From the NCBI GenBank assembly GCA_951406725.2, contig OX597824.1, positions 37,448,001 through 37,512,000 on the forward strand: a stretch of 64,000 nucleotides of DNA, written 5' to 3'. This DNA comes from Octopus vulgaris. Lineage: Eukaryota. A model generated the notes under the pieces. The model saw only the letters and a list, made by a program, of their open reading frames with translations. It had not been told where the DNA came from and did not search any database. Both the position numbers and the translations under genes were made by a program. Shown piece after piece: positions 1-12,115 of the stretch (the stretch's first letter is position 1; the number at the start of each line of letters is the position of its first letter).

Positions 1-68
<68 letters not shown>

Positions 69-686
69 GTCTGTGTGTGTGTATGTATGTATGTATGTAT
101 GTATGAGTATATGTATGAGTGCATGTGTGTGTGTGTGTGTGAGTGTGAATGTTTGCTGCGTGTGTTTGCGTTTGTGTATGCTTTCAAAAATTTATTTATT
201 TGATGGATCCAAAAATTTCAGGTCATAAACTATTTCAAAAGTATAAACCAGAAACCCAGTAGGCTAATGAAAAACCCGGATTTTGTTCGCGGTGTGGGGA
301 AAACCAGGACTAGCAGCTGAGCACTTGACATAAAATTAATATTTAGTACATAGTGACTCATAACAACGTTCATACCTGATAGAGTCATATAACACACTAG
401 AAACATAAGCATTTAAGAAAATCGGTTTCAGAAATCCCTAACAACACACACACATATACCCCCCCCCCCACACACACACACTACATTAGCGGTTCTGTAA
501 ATAGACACCGATATACTAAGTAGTAGACTCAATAAGTACTGGGATCAATTTCTTCGAGAAAACCCTTCGGCGTAACTTCGGTATAAGTACCGGATACATT
601 TCAAGAAAGTGTTTTTTTTTATATATGGGGGGTTAGGGTTAGGGTTTGTGTTAGGGTTAAGGGTGGGAGAAAAGGGTTTCTGTTAT

Positions 687-3362
687 GATTGATTGATTGA
701 TTGATTGATTCTAGTTTCAGCTTATGAGCTGTGGCCATGCTGGGGCACCGCCATTTGGTGTTGCTACTTGGTTTCACTTCATGGAGGCTTTCTAGCAACT
801 GCTATTTGGTGCATGAGAGAGTTCGATGCAGCTGCCCTCATCTGCCCCTCCTGCCGTGAAGTTGGTTCATCTGGGACACCTGACAGGAAGAGATCCAGCT
901 TCATTTTAAAGACATCTGTATCCACCCCATGCAGGTCTCTCAGGTTCTTCGGGAGGATATTGAAGAGCTGTGGGCCTCGGAAGCCCAGGCTATCACAGAA
1001 TCTTGTCCTACATCTTGATGGCAGGTTTGGAGTCCTAGGCACCACGCAGTGGCGCCCAGTTCTGGCATTTGCGTAACTCTCGATGCCAAAGTTCAGGACA
1101 CTTCCCTCCAGGATCTTCCAGATGTATATTATGGCATATCTTTCCCGCCTACGCTCCAGGGAGTATAATTTTAATCTCTTGAGTCTTTCCCAGTAGCTTA
1201 CATTCTGCATAGAGGCTATCTTCTTTGTGTAGCTTCGTTGGATCGCCTCAAGTTCTGTGATCAACTTGACACTGGATGGTGACCATAGCTGAGAGCAATA
1301 GTCAAAGTGGCTTAGGACAAGTGTCTTCCAGAGGACCATCATGGTTTCTTGTTCTCTTGTTCTAAAGGTTCTAAGAATCCATCCAGCCAGCCGTCTACAT
1401 TTCATTGTCAGTTTAGCAACATGTACATGAAAGGTCGCGTCATCACTCATGTGAATACCAAGGTCACGCACTGATTGTGCCTCTGGGATTGCAATCCCTC
1501 CGGGTCCAGTGTATTCATTGGGTATTGCATTCAGTTTTGCATGCTGATAGTATAAAGCTTGAAACTTTCCAGCATTGAACTGCATGCTATTCTTTTCAGC
1601 CCACTTGTATATTTCGTCCAGCTCACATTGCAGGTTTTTAGTGTCCTCAGGGTTCTGTATTGCCTGTGAAACTTTTGTATCATCTGCATAACTTGTGATC
1701 GTGGATCTCTGCGTGGCTGAGGGCATGTCTGAGAGGGCCATTATGAACAGTAGTGGTCCCAAAACAGTGCCCTGTGGAACACCACTCATTATTTGCGTGT
1801 TAATGGAAGTGGCCCCATTGGCTACTACCACCTGACTTCTATTCTTCAGAAAGTCGTGAAGCCATTCTCCTAGTTTTCCAACTATGCCAAGATCACGCAG
1901 CCTGTGACATATCATTCCGTGATCGACTTTATCGAAGGCCTTTGCGAAGTCGAGATATATGACTTCCACATTTGAGTGGTTGAGCAGTTGTTTCAGCACC
2001 CAGTCATAGTGTTGTAGGAGCTGAGTTAAACAGCTTCTCCCTGGTCGGAAACCATGTTGGGTGTCGGGCAGCAGGTCATTCTCTTCAAGGAAGGTGATCA
2101 GCTTCCTTCTGACTATTCGTTCCATGACCTTGCTGATGTGTGAGGTCAGAGAGATAGGTCTATAGTTCTTGGCTTCCGCTCTGCTACCTCCTTTATGAAT
2201 GGGGCATATTTTACCTTCCTTCAGTTTTCCTGGAAGTTTGCCAGCTGCAAGGAAGCTCTGAAAGAGGAACTGCAGTGGTCTTGCTAGGACTCTCTTACAT
2301 GCTTTTAGGAGGATTGCCGGGAATCCATCGGGGCCAGTAGCTGAGTCTGTTTTCATTTCATCTATAGCCTTGGTTACATCGTCTTCCTTTATATCGATGT
2401 AATCTATCGTCGCCGCCTCTGATTTTATATCTGCAGTGGTAAAAAAGTCAGTTGGATTGGTGATTTGGAGATGCCCAAGGGGTGGAGTGAAAACACTCTT
2501 GAATTGCTCATTCAGTATTTCACTTACCCTCATTGGTTTTCCTGTAAGTGTGCCATCCTTTTCAAGGAGTGGCCCTATTCTACAGTGCACTGTAGCTGTT
2601 TCTTTGGCATACCTGTAGAAAGCTCTGGGGTTAGATTTTATGTTTTCTATAGCCCAGGCTTCTTTGTCTGCTCTTTCTTTTTCATGGGAGAGTTGCAGAC
2701 ATTTTTCGATTTCCAACAGTTTTATTTTTAGGCGGGACTTTTCACTGCTTTCAATCTGTTTGTTTAGGCGATTTGAAAATTTCGTACGCCGTCTCATTAA
2801 AATTTTCCTCTCTCTGGGGATTTTGTTCTTGTGTACAGTGGCCTTTCTCTCTGGGACACATTTGTAGCATATGGCTTGCATTACAGACATGAATTGTTGA
2901 AGTTTCACATCGATGTCTGGCGAGGAGAGACATTCAGGCCAGTTTTGTTTGAGGATCTCTTTCTCAATTTGTTTCCAGTTTGCCTTATGGTAGTTCAAGC
3001 TGGAAAGATTTTGAGGGTTTCTTGTAGGCTGCATGTCCGTGCTCTCTTTTGGCCCGTACATGGTCAGCTCTATCATGTTGTGATCCGAGAGTAGTGTCGG
3101 TGTCACTTTCACATTATGGATGAGATCCATGTCATTTGTGAAGCAGAGATCCAGTGTGTTACCTGCCCTGGTTGGTTGGAGTATTACCTGCTCCATGTAC
3201 AGGGTGTTGATGAGGTTCAGGAGGGACCTCGCCTGTCCTCGTTCACATCTTGTCATTCCTGGGAGAGAAAGGCCCTCGGGCCATCTGACATTGGGCAGAT
3301 TGAAGTCTCCCATAAGAAGCACACCTATGTGTTGTTCTAATGTGGTTAGAATTTCTTCTATT
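687..3362 (-). mobile_element. 5'-truncated CR1-clade LINE (end of APE endonuclease plus RT), 3' tail (ATCA)n
   Basis: 847-aa ORF with GDFN, TLDL, SDH, DFAKAFDKVDH, GVPQGTVLGPLLF, YADD and YWERLKRLKLYSLERRR motifs; (gatt)n at 687-710. Confidence 0.93.
779..3322 (-). CDS. LINE ORF2 (partial APE endonuclease plus reverse transcriptase), uninterrupted
   Basis: ORF track; RT motifs intact; the frame continues a few codons upstream (IEEILTTLEQHIG) to the truncation point. Confidence 0.88.
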   Translation of the reverse strand: MLLMGDFNLPNVRWPEGLSLPGMTRCERGQARSLLNLINTLYMEQVILQPTRAGNTLDLCFTNDMDLIHNVKVTPTLLSDHNMIELTMYGPKESTDMQPTRNPQNLSSLNYHKANWKQIEKEILKQNWPECLSSPDIDVKLQQFMSVMQAICYKCVPERKATVHKNKIPRERKILMRRRTKFSNRLNKQIESSEKSRLKIKLLEIEKCLQLSHEKERADKEAWAIENIKSNPRAFYRYAKETATVHCRIGPLLEKDGTLTGKPMRVSEILNEQFKSVFTPPLGHLQITNPTDFFTTADIKSEAATIDYIDIKEDDVTKAIDEMKTDSATGPDGFPAILLKACKRVLARPLQFLFQSFLAAGKLPGKLKEGKICPIHKGGSRAEAKNYRPISLTSHISKVMERIVRRKLITFLEENDLLPDTQHGFRPGRSCLTQLLQHYDWVLKQLLNHSNVEVIYLDFAKAFDKVDHGMICHRLRDLGIVGKLGEWLHDFLKNRSQVVVANGATSINTQIMSGVPQGTVLGPLLFIMALSDMPSATQRSTITSYADDTKVSQAIQNPEDTKNLQCELDEIYKWAEKNSMQFNAGKFQALYYQHAKLNAIPNEYTGPGGIAIPEAQSVRDLGIHMSDDATFHVHVAKLTMKCRRLAGWILRTFRTREQETMMVLWKTLVLSHFDYCSQLWSPSSVKLITELEAIQRSYTKKIASMQNVSYWERLKRLKLYSLERRRERYAIIYIWKILEGSVLNFGIESYANARTGRHCVVPRTPNLPSRCRTRFCDSLGFRGPQLFNILPKNLRDLHGVDTDVFKMKLDLFLSGVPDEPTSRQEGQMRAAASNSLMHQIAVARKPP

Positions 3363-4346
3363 TTTATAAGGCAGAAATATAAACAAAGTCACGTGTGTAC
3401 CTATACCGAAGCATCGTCACATACCCTAACCCTAACAGAAACCCTAACCCCCTATATATAAAAAAAAACAGCACTTTTTTGAAATGTATCCAGTACTTCC
3501 GGAAGTACACCGGTACTTATACCGTAAGATCGCCAACTTTTGTCTGTTAGAGTTAAGTCTCTTGAATAGGGATCAGAAAGTGCCACCGCAGTCCAAGGGG
3601 TAAATTGCGTGCAGAGTGAGATTTTCCTATCCTTTCCTCATGAACGCAAATATGTCGTTGGATACTAGTGGGCTGCTCTATAAACATGAACGCTAGAGCT
3701 TCCACCGTTGGAATTTCCCGACCGCAATTGAGGCTTTGGCATAAAGTTTGCCACATCCAGCTATTATTATATACAAAAGCACACATACAAACACATCTGT
3801 GTCTGCATGTGATTTTAAAGTTGACACTCCCTCCATGCCCACTTACCGACCACACCCCACCACCGTGCACACCAAGCTCATCCCGCCTTCACTCCAGCCC
3901 AACACCTGCACTACAAGCATTTACCTTATACCCCGTAGTGACACTTCCTGATCTTTATACAAGGGACATAAGACTAACGAATTAAAGCTACCCCATAGGT
4001 TCTTGTCCGCTTTCGTTTGTTTCGACCCTTTAGAATTGGAATTTTTGAAAACTAAAAATTTTGCATTATGTAGCTTGTTATTCTTTTTAAGTGAACATTT
4101 TTCTGGTTGAAGTACACCGAAAAATGGCGACACAGCAGTCAAAAAAATCGTAAAAAATAGGGATTTTCATTAAAAAAAAAAGCACCTTTATGATGTAAAA
4201 CATGGTCCGATTTTAATTTTTTTCTTCTGCGGAAAGAAGAGTAAGCCTTTTTCTATCATACTCTCAAGTTTGGTCTCGGAGGAGATAGTGTTAGTTGAAG
4301 GCTACCAAACCTGCCATACACAGACGACTTCAGCTTTATATATATA

Positions 4347-4740
4347 CTAGCAGTATCGCCCGGCGTTGCTCGGGTTTGTAAGGGAAATAACTATATAAGC
4401 ATTTTTAGAGAGTTATAGCCAAAAAATAGCAAAAAAATGCATTAAAAATTGAAAAAAATTAAGGTAAATTTTCTTTTAAATCGTTGACACATCGTAGATA
4501 TTTTTAGAGAGTTACTTCCCTTATATAAAAGCGAAAAAAATGCATTAAAATGGAAAAATATGATGGTAAATTTTTTTAAATCGTAGACTCATCGTAGACG
4601 CGCGCTAATACCCAGAAGGGCTCGATATGAATCACGACTATAAGATACCCGCTTTTGGTTAAACTGCACCGCAAAATGTGGGAGTAGTTACGAATCTAAA
4701 TCGTAGGAGACAGACACACAACTTCACTCTTATATAAAGA
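4347..4740 (-). mobile_element. Non-autonomous Helitron
   Basis: On the - strand it begins A|TC and ends with hairpin CCCGAGCAACGCCGGG then CTAG|T; shares its terminal region with 31197-31579. Confidence 0.75.
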
Positions 4741-5684
4741 TGCTTTTTTTTCAGTCATAGAATTAGATTTATGAAGGTCTTCAGTAGAAAATCCTTCGAA
4801 TTCTGACTCGCTGCTTGATATAATGAAATTCGTATCCATTTTTTGTCAGAATTACAAATTTTGAAAACACAATAGGAACAAATTTCGGAAAAAAATCTCC
4901 CATAATTCACGGAATTAAAATTACACTTCGATTTTTGTACAAAACTGTATTTGAAGTGTTTACGAAGTATAATACGTGTTTTCACGAATGTACTAAAGAG
5001 ATTTACTCTGATATTCTCATTTAAATATGAATAGGTAAATTCGGGCGGTTTGGTAACGAAAGGGTTTATATAAGTGTCGTCTGTTTATACATAAACACTG
5101 TTTCATACTTTCAGTTTAGTCTTCCTCAAATCACTCTGTCGCTATTTACTCTCTTCCAAGAACATTTTCACTCACTCTTATCTGTTAGCTTGCCATACAT
5201 TTTACTCATGTATCTATCAGCGTGATAGACAGAAACAAATATTACATCTAGTTTCACTTTATTCGTTGCACACTGTGTGTGTGCGTTTGCGTGTGCTGTA
5301 AACCAGACTAAGAAAAGCATTTGACACACACACCAGAATGTGAGTTTTCTGTAAATTTTGCTTAATTGGAGTTTAAATTTTAAAAACTGGACCTGGCAAA
5401 ACCCGATGCATTCTACTCTTAAAAATGCTAGGTAAATTGTAATTGAAGAAATCCTATATTGTAGATTTCTATAACTGACAAAGGGAGGCAGATAAAATCT
5501 GCCTTTTATAATAAGAGATAGAGATAAGACTTGCAAACCATACGTGAAACTTTTTGATTTCCAGTAATAAAAAGATCCTGCAGTTCTTTTACCTATCAAC
5601 GCTTCTGATGAGCGTCGAGACTGGTCTTCAAATTCGTGTACAAAACCGAATACGTAAATTCGGCGGAAATTGGTCTGAATTTCT

Positions 5685-5878
5685 TTCTTTACTGCCCACA
5701 AAGGGCTACACACAGAGAGGACAAACAAGGACAGACAAAGGGATTAAGTCGATTATATCGAACCCAATGCGTAACTGGTACTTATTTAATCGACCCCGAA
5801 AGGATGAAAGGCAAAGTCGATCTCAGCGGAATTTGAACTCAGAACGTAGCGGCAGACGAAATACCGCTAAGCATTGGT
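5685..5878 (-). mobile_element. tRNA-derived SINE family B (Meta-domain-like core), partial
   Basis: Core GTCGACTTTGCCTTTCATCCTTTCGGGGTCGAT(T)AAATAAGTACCAG recurs many times in the window. Confidence 0.7.
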
Positions 5879-6559
5879 CTGTATTACTGGCAAATAGACG
5901 ATTGTGCGTGTATGTGTGTGTGTATGTGTGTGTGAGTGTGTGTATATATGTGTGTGTGTGTGTGCGCGTACGTACGTGCATACATACATACATACATACA
6001 TACACACACACGTATATAAATAATATTAAATAATATATATGTATATACTCGCACGCGCGCACACACATATATACATGCATATATGAGCACAGGACGTCAC
6101 CAACTGTAAACAACATGAAATACGAAAACAAGCGAGTTAAATACGCAAACAACGCGAGAAAAAAAATGAAAACATGACAAGTAGCACAAAAAACGACCCT
6201 TCATCAGTTGTCAGCTGTCTATGTACTCCTCATTTCGAGCATTGAACGACTATGTGAGTCTTCGATGACAGTTGCTCCCATAACTTCCAAAATAATTTTT
6301 GGGTTTTATGGAGGGTCAAAGTTGGGGAAACCGAATAAACATAGCTGGGGAAGCTGAATAAACATTGCCAGACAGAAAATAGAGACTCAGACATTGCTTA
6401 GAAAATAATTTTCATTTTTAACCTCGTATATAGTACGCACTAGGGATTTTTACCTTTAAATTTTGGGAAAAGAATGCGGATTATACACGAGGATTTACGG
6501 TAGTTCCCTAGCTTCCTTTTCTAGCATTTAATTTTGGAGATGACCCAAAAATTCAGAAA

Positions 6560-7200
6560 AGCAATAGAGCTACACCTCGTCAAAAAATTCTCTCCAAAAT
6601 TAAATGCTTGAAAGAGAAACAGAGGAAAGAACTTTTTGATGAGGTGTAGCTCTATTGCTTTTCTGAATTGTTGGGCCATCTCTTGAACATTTGAAAAAGG
6701 GAAAGATTTTAAACTTTCCTTCACTGCATATTTCTAGATGCTTGCTCAGTGGAATTTTGTGCAGTTACTCTTGTTGGATGTGTTGTTTATGGATTCTTGC
6801 ACGCTGGTAGAGGGAATTGTTTGTTTCGCCAATGTAATTTTCCTTGCAGTTGGGGCAAGTAATGCAGTATATCAGATTCTGCATCTTGCATTTACTTGAA
6901 CGAGAATCCGCTCTTGAATTTTATGTGGGAACCACTTTCTAAGTATTTAAAATTGTTGTTGTTGCATGTTCCACATCGGCTATCTCCATATTCTTTTACA
7001 GAGAAATCTGATTCATTCTCTGATGTGAATTTTGCTCTTGTGAGGTATTTTCTGAGATATTTTGGTTGGCGTCTACTGTTTCGTAAGGGGCTTTGTAGAA
7101 GTATTGTTAGGTTTTGTTTTATGGTGTGAAAGATGTTGGCTACCCAGGATTGCGCACATTAATAAATGGAATCGTGTGTTCATTACTTTCTTCCTTTGGT
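6560..7200 (-). pseudogene. Penelope-like element relic: Cys linker plus GIY-YIG endonuclease
   Basis: Manual - strand translation: RRQPKYLRKYLTRAKF...RCGTC...NLIYCITCPNCKENYIGETNNSLYQRARIHKQHI; contains stops and frameshifts. Confidence 0.75.
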
Positions 7201-7804
7201 GCCCTTAGTTGTGAGATGCTCAACTGAGCATCTATCGGTCGCTTTTGCCGAACTGCTAGATTACTGGGACGTAAATCCATCAGCACCGGTTATCAAGCGG
7301 TGGTGATGGTGGTGGTGAGGAAGAAACACAGACACAAATACATACAGACATACATAAACACACACACGCACGCACGCACGCACACATACATACATACATA
7401 CATACATACATACATACATACATACATACATACATACATACATACATACATACATGCATGCATGCATGCATGCATGCATGATGTCACCCCGCAGGCCTAG
7501 TGGTGAGGCAGGCAAATAGTACTCCCGAACTCCGTAGTAGGGTTACACATTTATGGATGATTGGAGTGAAGCAAAGTGAAATAGTGTTTTGCCAAAGAAC
7601 ATAACGTACCTCCGATGGGGGAATCGAAACCACAGTCATGGGATCGTGAGTGCAACGTCTTAACTACTAAGCCAGGCGCCTTCAAACACGCTACTTATTA
7701 AACTTTGTATCAAGTTGATCCTAATTCAAATATTGTTACGTGTGTGAGAAAAAATTAATTCCCCGACTGACAGAAGTGTGTGTGCGAGCGCGCGCACGTG
7801 TATA

Positions 7805-8345
7805 GAAGAAGAAGAAGAAGAAGAAGAAGAAGAAGAAGAAGAAGAAGAAGAAGAAGAAGAAGAAGGAGGAGGAGGAGGAGGAGAAAAAGAAGCAGTAGGA
7901 GGAGGAGAAAAAGAAGAAGAAGAAAAAGAAGAAGAAGAAGAAGAAGGAGGAGGAGAAGAAGGAGGAGAAGAAGAAGAAGAAAAAGAAGAAGAAGAAGAAG
8001 AAGAAGAAGAAGAAGAAGAAGAAAAAGAAGAAGCAGAAGAAGGAGAAAAGGAAGAAGCAGAAGGAGAATAGGAGGAGAAAAAGAAGAAGAAGAAGAAGAA
8101 GAAGAAGAAGAAGGAGAAGGAGAAAAAGAAGAAGAAAAAGAAGAAGCAGAAGAAGGAGAAAAAGAAGAAGCAGAAGAAGGAGAAGGAGGAGGAGAAAAGA
8201 AGAAGAAGAAAAAGAAGAAGCAGAAGAAGAAGAAGGAGGAGGAGAAGAAGGAGAAGAAGAAGAAAAAGAAGAAGAAGAAGAAGAAGAAGAAGAAGAAGAA
8301 GAAGAAGAAGAAGAAGAAGAAGAAGAAGACGATGACGACGACGAC
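7805..8345 (+). repeat. ~540 bp polypurine (GAA/GGA)n tract
   Basis: Directly visible. Confidence 0.97.
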
Positions 8346-8777
8346 TTATATCCTGAAATAGTTTCCATCAGCCCAATTACATCAGAGCTTACGACAATAA
8401 TCGCATGTCCGGCTGTGCAATGTGATTGTCAGCTCGATAGAGACATGTTATAACTGGAATAAACATAGATATATAGATCCTATCGTGTCATTTAGCTTAA
8501 TCTGTCTTGTTAATATGACTTTCCCAGAGCTTCAGAGTTGACTTGTGATTGCTACACCACACGACCACATTTACAGGAATTTCAACTTTCTCACAATGTG
8601 AAGCTGTAACTCATATCGATAAGCATTGCTTCTCTAAGTACCTTATATGGTCGTTAACATTCATAGCATTCTGAAGTAGTCGAACAGGGTGGATTGCCCC
8701 CTTAATCATTCGACTAACTACTTGTCCGTCTGCTCGGTTAGGCCTGATTGGGTTGCATAAATTTACATGAAAAATTC

Positions 8778-9622
8778 GTTAAAAATGAAGGGAAATTACT
8801 CTGTTATAACTCTGCTTTGCCTGCGTACTTATACATCGCTCGCATTTTTCGTCATAAAAATTATATAAAATACATAAAAATATATAAAAATATATAAAAA
8901 ATATATAAAATCTTCTTGGGACATAACACAGAAAGCATGTTCTATCCGTTTTCTTTAGGGGACCAAAAACGTAACAGAAATTTAGTCACATGTGGACATG
9001 ATCCGAAAAGCTCTGTCCTTGTATTTAGACATGTGGTAGGGTCTAAGCTGCTTTTCCAGATAAGCCATCTCTCCATGTCGCATAAACCGCACCTTCCGCT
9101 GCCGTTAGTGTAGGGCTTACATCTGGCCAAAATCTTCCATTGTATGTTATAATCGACACCTTTATCTCTTAAAGACCAAATATGATTGGATAATTGTGTC
9201 GCTTTTCTTTTGTTCCAGTGCCTAAAGCTCAAAGTGTGGTTATTGAACCTGGCCTTGAAATTACCCTCTGTCAGGCCCACGTATTTCTTCGTCGAAACGG
9301 TGTCTTTCTGTTACGTTTTTGGTCCCCTAAAGAAAACGGATAGAACATGCTTTCTGTGTTATGTCCCAAGAAGATTTTATATATTTTTTTATATATTTTT
9401 ATATATTTTTATGTATTTTATATAATTTTTATGACGAAAAATGCGAGCGATGTATAAGTACGCAGGCAAAGCAGAGTTATAACAGAGTAATTTCCCTTCA
9501 TTTTTAACGGTATTTTTCATAACGTTTTCAAATAGCCAGATAACCGAAGAGATGGTGTTGTGGATTTCCACTTCGGCATCTGAAACTCAGAGTTTTATCT
9601 TGACTACCGAGTAATGTAACAT

Positions 9623-9625
<3 letters not shown>
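8778..9625. mobile_element. Penelope-like fragment: GIY-YIG C-terminus (8942-9280, -) between inverted pLTR-like copies
   Basis: ORF (Y)VGLTEGNFKARFNNHTLSF...TQLSNHIWSL...WKILARCKPY...CGLC..E; 8778-8980 is inverted at 9306-9509. Confidence 0.8.
9538..9600 (+). ncRNA. Type I hammerhead-ribozyme-like motif in the Penelope pLTR
   Basis: agataa-CCGAAGA-gatg...catc-t-GAAA-ctcagag-TT-ttatct: 6-bp stem I, variant core, minimal stem III. Confidence 0.6.
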
Positions 9626-9675
<50 letters not shown>

Positions 9676-10127
9676 TTCACGAACCCCCAGTACTACCTTT
9701 GCGGACCACATGTTGGGAACCACTGTCCTATATTAACCCCAACTTTTTTTTTTTAGTTCGATGACTGAAAGGTGTAAACACCTTTGTCAACAATCAGCAG
9801 GTATTATATGGTGGAAATAACAGTTTTAATAATGTTTCAAATGACTAACAGCTTTCAATAAAATAATGGAAGTTGAATATTACGTTATCTTCTACGAAAT
9901 TTCGATGGAAATGTGACTGAAAGGAAAAACTATATTTTTCCTGATAAGCAACTTTTATGCTTCAGTGTTATATAACTTGAAATGTCCTCCACCATTACAA
10001 CGATAAGTCTTTCTAAATATAGCGAAGGGCTAATCTTTTAAACCTTTGCTGAAGGTAAAATATTTTTAGTGTGGCCTTAATCATTAAATCGTCGTTGGTT
10101 GTTTACAATATTAAGTTGGCTGAAGGA

Positions 10128-10340
10128 GGCGAGCAGGCAGAATTGTTAGCACGCCGGGCAAAATGCTTAGTGGCATTTCGGCCGTTTTAATTTCTGAGTT
10201 CAAATTCCACCGAGGTTGACTTTGCCTGTCATCCTTTCAGGGTCCGATAAAATAAATACCAGTTGATCACCGAGGTCGATGTAATAGACTTTATCTCTCC
10301 TCCGAGCTTGCTGGCCTTGTGCCAAAATTTGAAACCAATA
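10128..10340 (+). mobile_element. tRNA-derived SINE family B with A/B-box-like head
   Basis: ggcgagcaggcagaa...gagttcaaattcc head followed by the same core. Confidence 0.7.
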
Positions 10341-10695
10341 TTTAGAAATACATATTAAACTAGAATCAGAAGCTAAAGCCAAGTTTCATTTCTGGATATT
10401 CCGTTAATTTAATCTACTTTCTTTGCATTTGTATCCGCTTCACACCTAACATAATTTCATTTACGTTGTTCATATACTACAACTACTACGAGAAATTGAG
10501 GAAACCTCTAAGTGATCGCTAGAAATAGCAACCACATCTAAAAGCACTCTTTACCATCTGAAGAAAAAGAAAATAGGTCCTATTAGATAATATGAACCTA
10601 AAGCGGGATAATTATTTACTCTTGAAGGTGTTCCAAGAACTTGGTTGATGTGACATCTTGGAGCACCACTCATGAATAGAAGGCCTTTGATCATA

Positions 10696-11132
10696 GGATC
10701 TTTTCGGTTTGAATGGCAGTTTTTTAAAGTAATTTCCACGTAACTAAATATTTTAAAACTTCGTATACTGGTAGAATGTGTTTATAAAACATCTTTTTCT
10801 CTTGGCTTTATTGAGAAAATTCTATAGTTTGTAAGATATTTGTTGTTCTTTTCTTCAGTTTCTGCAATTTCAACCAATCAATGACGTCTATTGAGGTGAA
10901 AACATTCTGTGCCGTATGAATATGTCCCTCGTTTAAGAAACAGATTGGGTTTATTTACATTTCTGAAGAAAAAAAGATACCCTTCCCCCCACCCCTAACC
11001 CTAACTCTAACCCTAACTAACCCTAACCCTAAAACAGATTGAAATGCAATAGATCGATTCTAGGGTCATAATTATGGGTGACAATTTCATATGACACCGC
11101 TAGAAAAACTGCCGTTCAAACCAAAAAGATCC
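10696..11132. mobile_element. MITE with GGATC termini and 8-bp TSD (tgatcata), Merlin-like
   Basis: TIR ggatcttttcggtttgaatggcagttttt / aaaaactgccgttcaaaccaaaaagatcc; exact TSD; internal ccctaa repeats. Confidence 0.88.
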
Positions 11133-11579
11133 TGATCATAGAATGCTTTGACTTGGGGTTAAACAGCAATTACTACATCCTTTCGGTCTCCTCCAATTTC
11201 GTTTGATCTTTACTCCCGTTTCATCTCTTCTTTGATATACCAACTAATATAGCAACTGAAGAGAATCAACGATTGTACGAGCTGAAATATTGTTATTACA
11301 GTTAATTGCACAACAATTAATTAATTATCTCCTTTTAATTATTTCTTTTGGATTCTTGACAATTTAAGTAAAGTTGAAAAAATCGACTGAAGTTGCGGTT
11401 TATTATTTTTTTTTTCCATTAATTTCTTACAGAAAACAAGATATAAAATCGAAAAAGACGGAACTGAATGAAAGAAGAAAAAAACATTCAACAGTACGAA
11501 ATCTCAGGAACTATTGCATTGAGTCAAATGTTTTGCAATATTTTGGTAACTAACGTGCTTTATTCGTGAGGTTACAACA

Positions 11580-12115
11580 GAAGAAGCCTAGCATTCAATG
11601 TAGAGGCCATCTTGTTGCACCATCTAAAGCCATCATTCTGCCAGTTCTTTCATCCCACACTCGTACCAGTTTTTGTCCTTCGAGACGAAGAATTACTTCA
11701 CTGAAACTTGCACTTCTTCTTGATTGATGAAGCGTTGCGATCGTAAGAAGTAAGCTATGGATCGGAACAAGTAATAATACGAGGTAGCTAGGTTCGGGCT
11801 ATAGGCTGGAGGTGGCATCAGTTCGAGCCCCTCAAGTTCCTGAAGTTTATTCCAGGTTGTTCGAGCAGTATGAGGTCTTGCGTTGTCTTGCTGCAGAAGA
11901 GTTCGCTTTCTTTTAACTAATGAAGGGTTTTTTAGCCACGCAGTCGCATACATCCATGGCATGCCGAGCTCGACTGATACTCTCCGAGTGCTACTCACCT
12001 GATTTGCCTCGATGCCTTTCAGCACAGCCTTGGAATCCACAATTTTAGACTTACTTGATCTTGTTTGATCGTCGAGGTTCTGGCAACCCAAGCAAAATTT
12101 CTTGAACCATCTGGT
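11580..12115 (-). pseudogene. Mariner transposase relic
   Basis: LLQQDNARPHTA and PPAYSPNLA.S.YYLFRS (mariner YSPDLAPSD motif); an N-terminal HTH piece lies at 14375-14545. Confidence 0.8.

Larger units (their letters stand above)
569..3534. mobile_element. Non-autonomous TIR element with TTAGGG-like subterminal repeats, interrupted by the CR1 LINE
   Basis: Left end ggcgtaacttcggtataagtaccgg versus right end (reverse complement) ggcgatcttacggtataagtaccgg; the inverted similarity extends about 90 bp, including gggttagggtt motifs. Confidence 0.7.

Noticed and set aside
705-3461. + strand ORFs overlapping the LINE (and - strand ORFs over 35782-38187)
   Set aside because: Antisense shadows of the RT ORFs.
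5600-5630. CTGATGA...GAGA possible hammerhead
   Set aside because: No GAAA and no convincing stems.
7736-8368. Poly-E/R/K/S/F ORFs
   Set aside because: Stop-free frames of a GAA tract; no other coding evidence.
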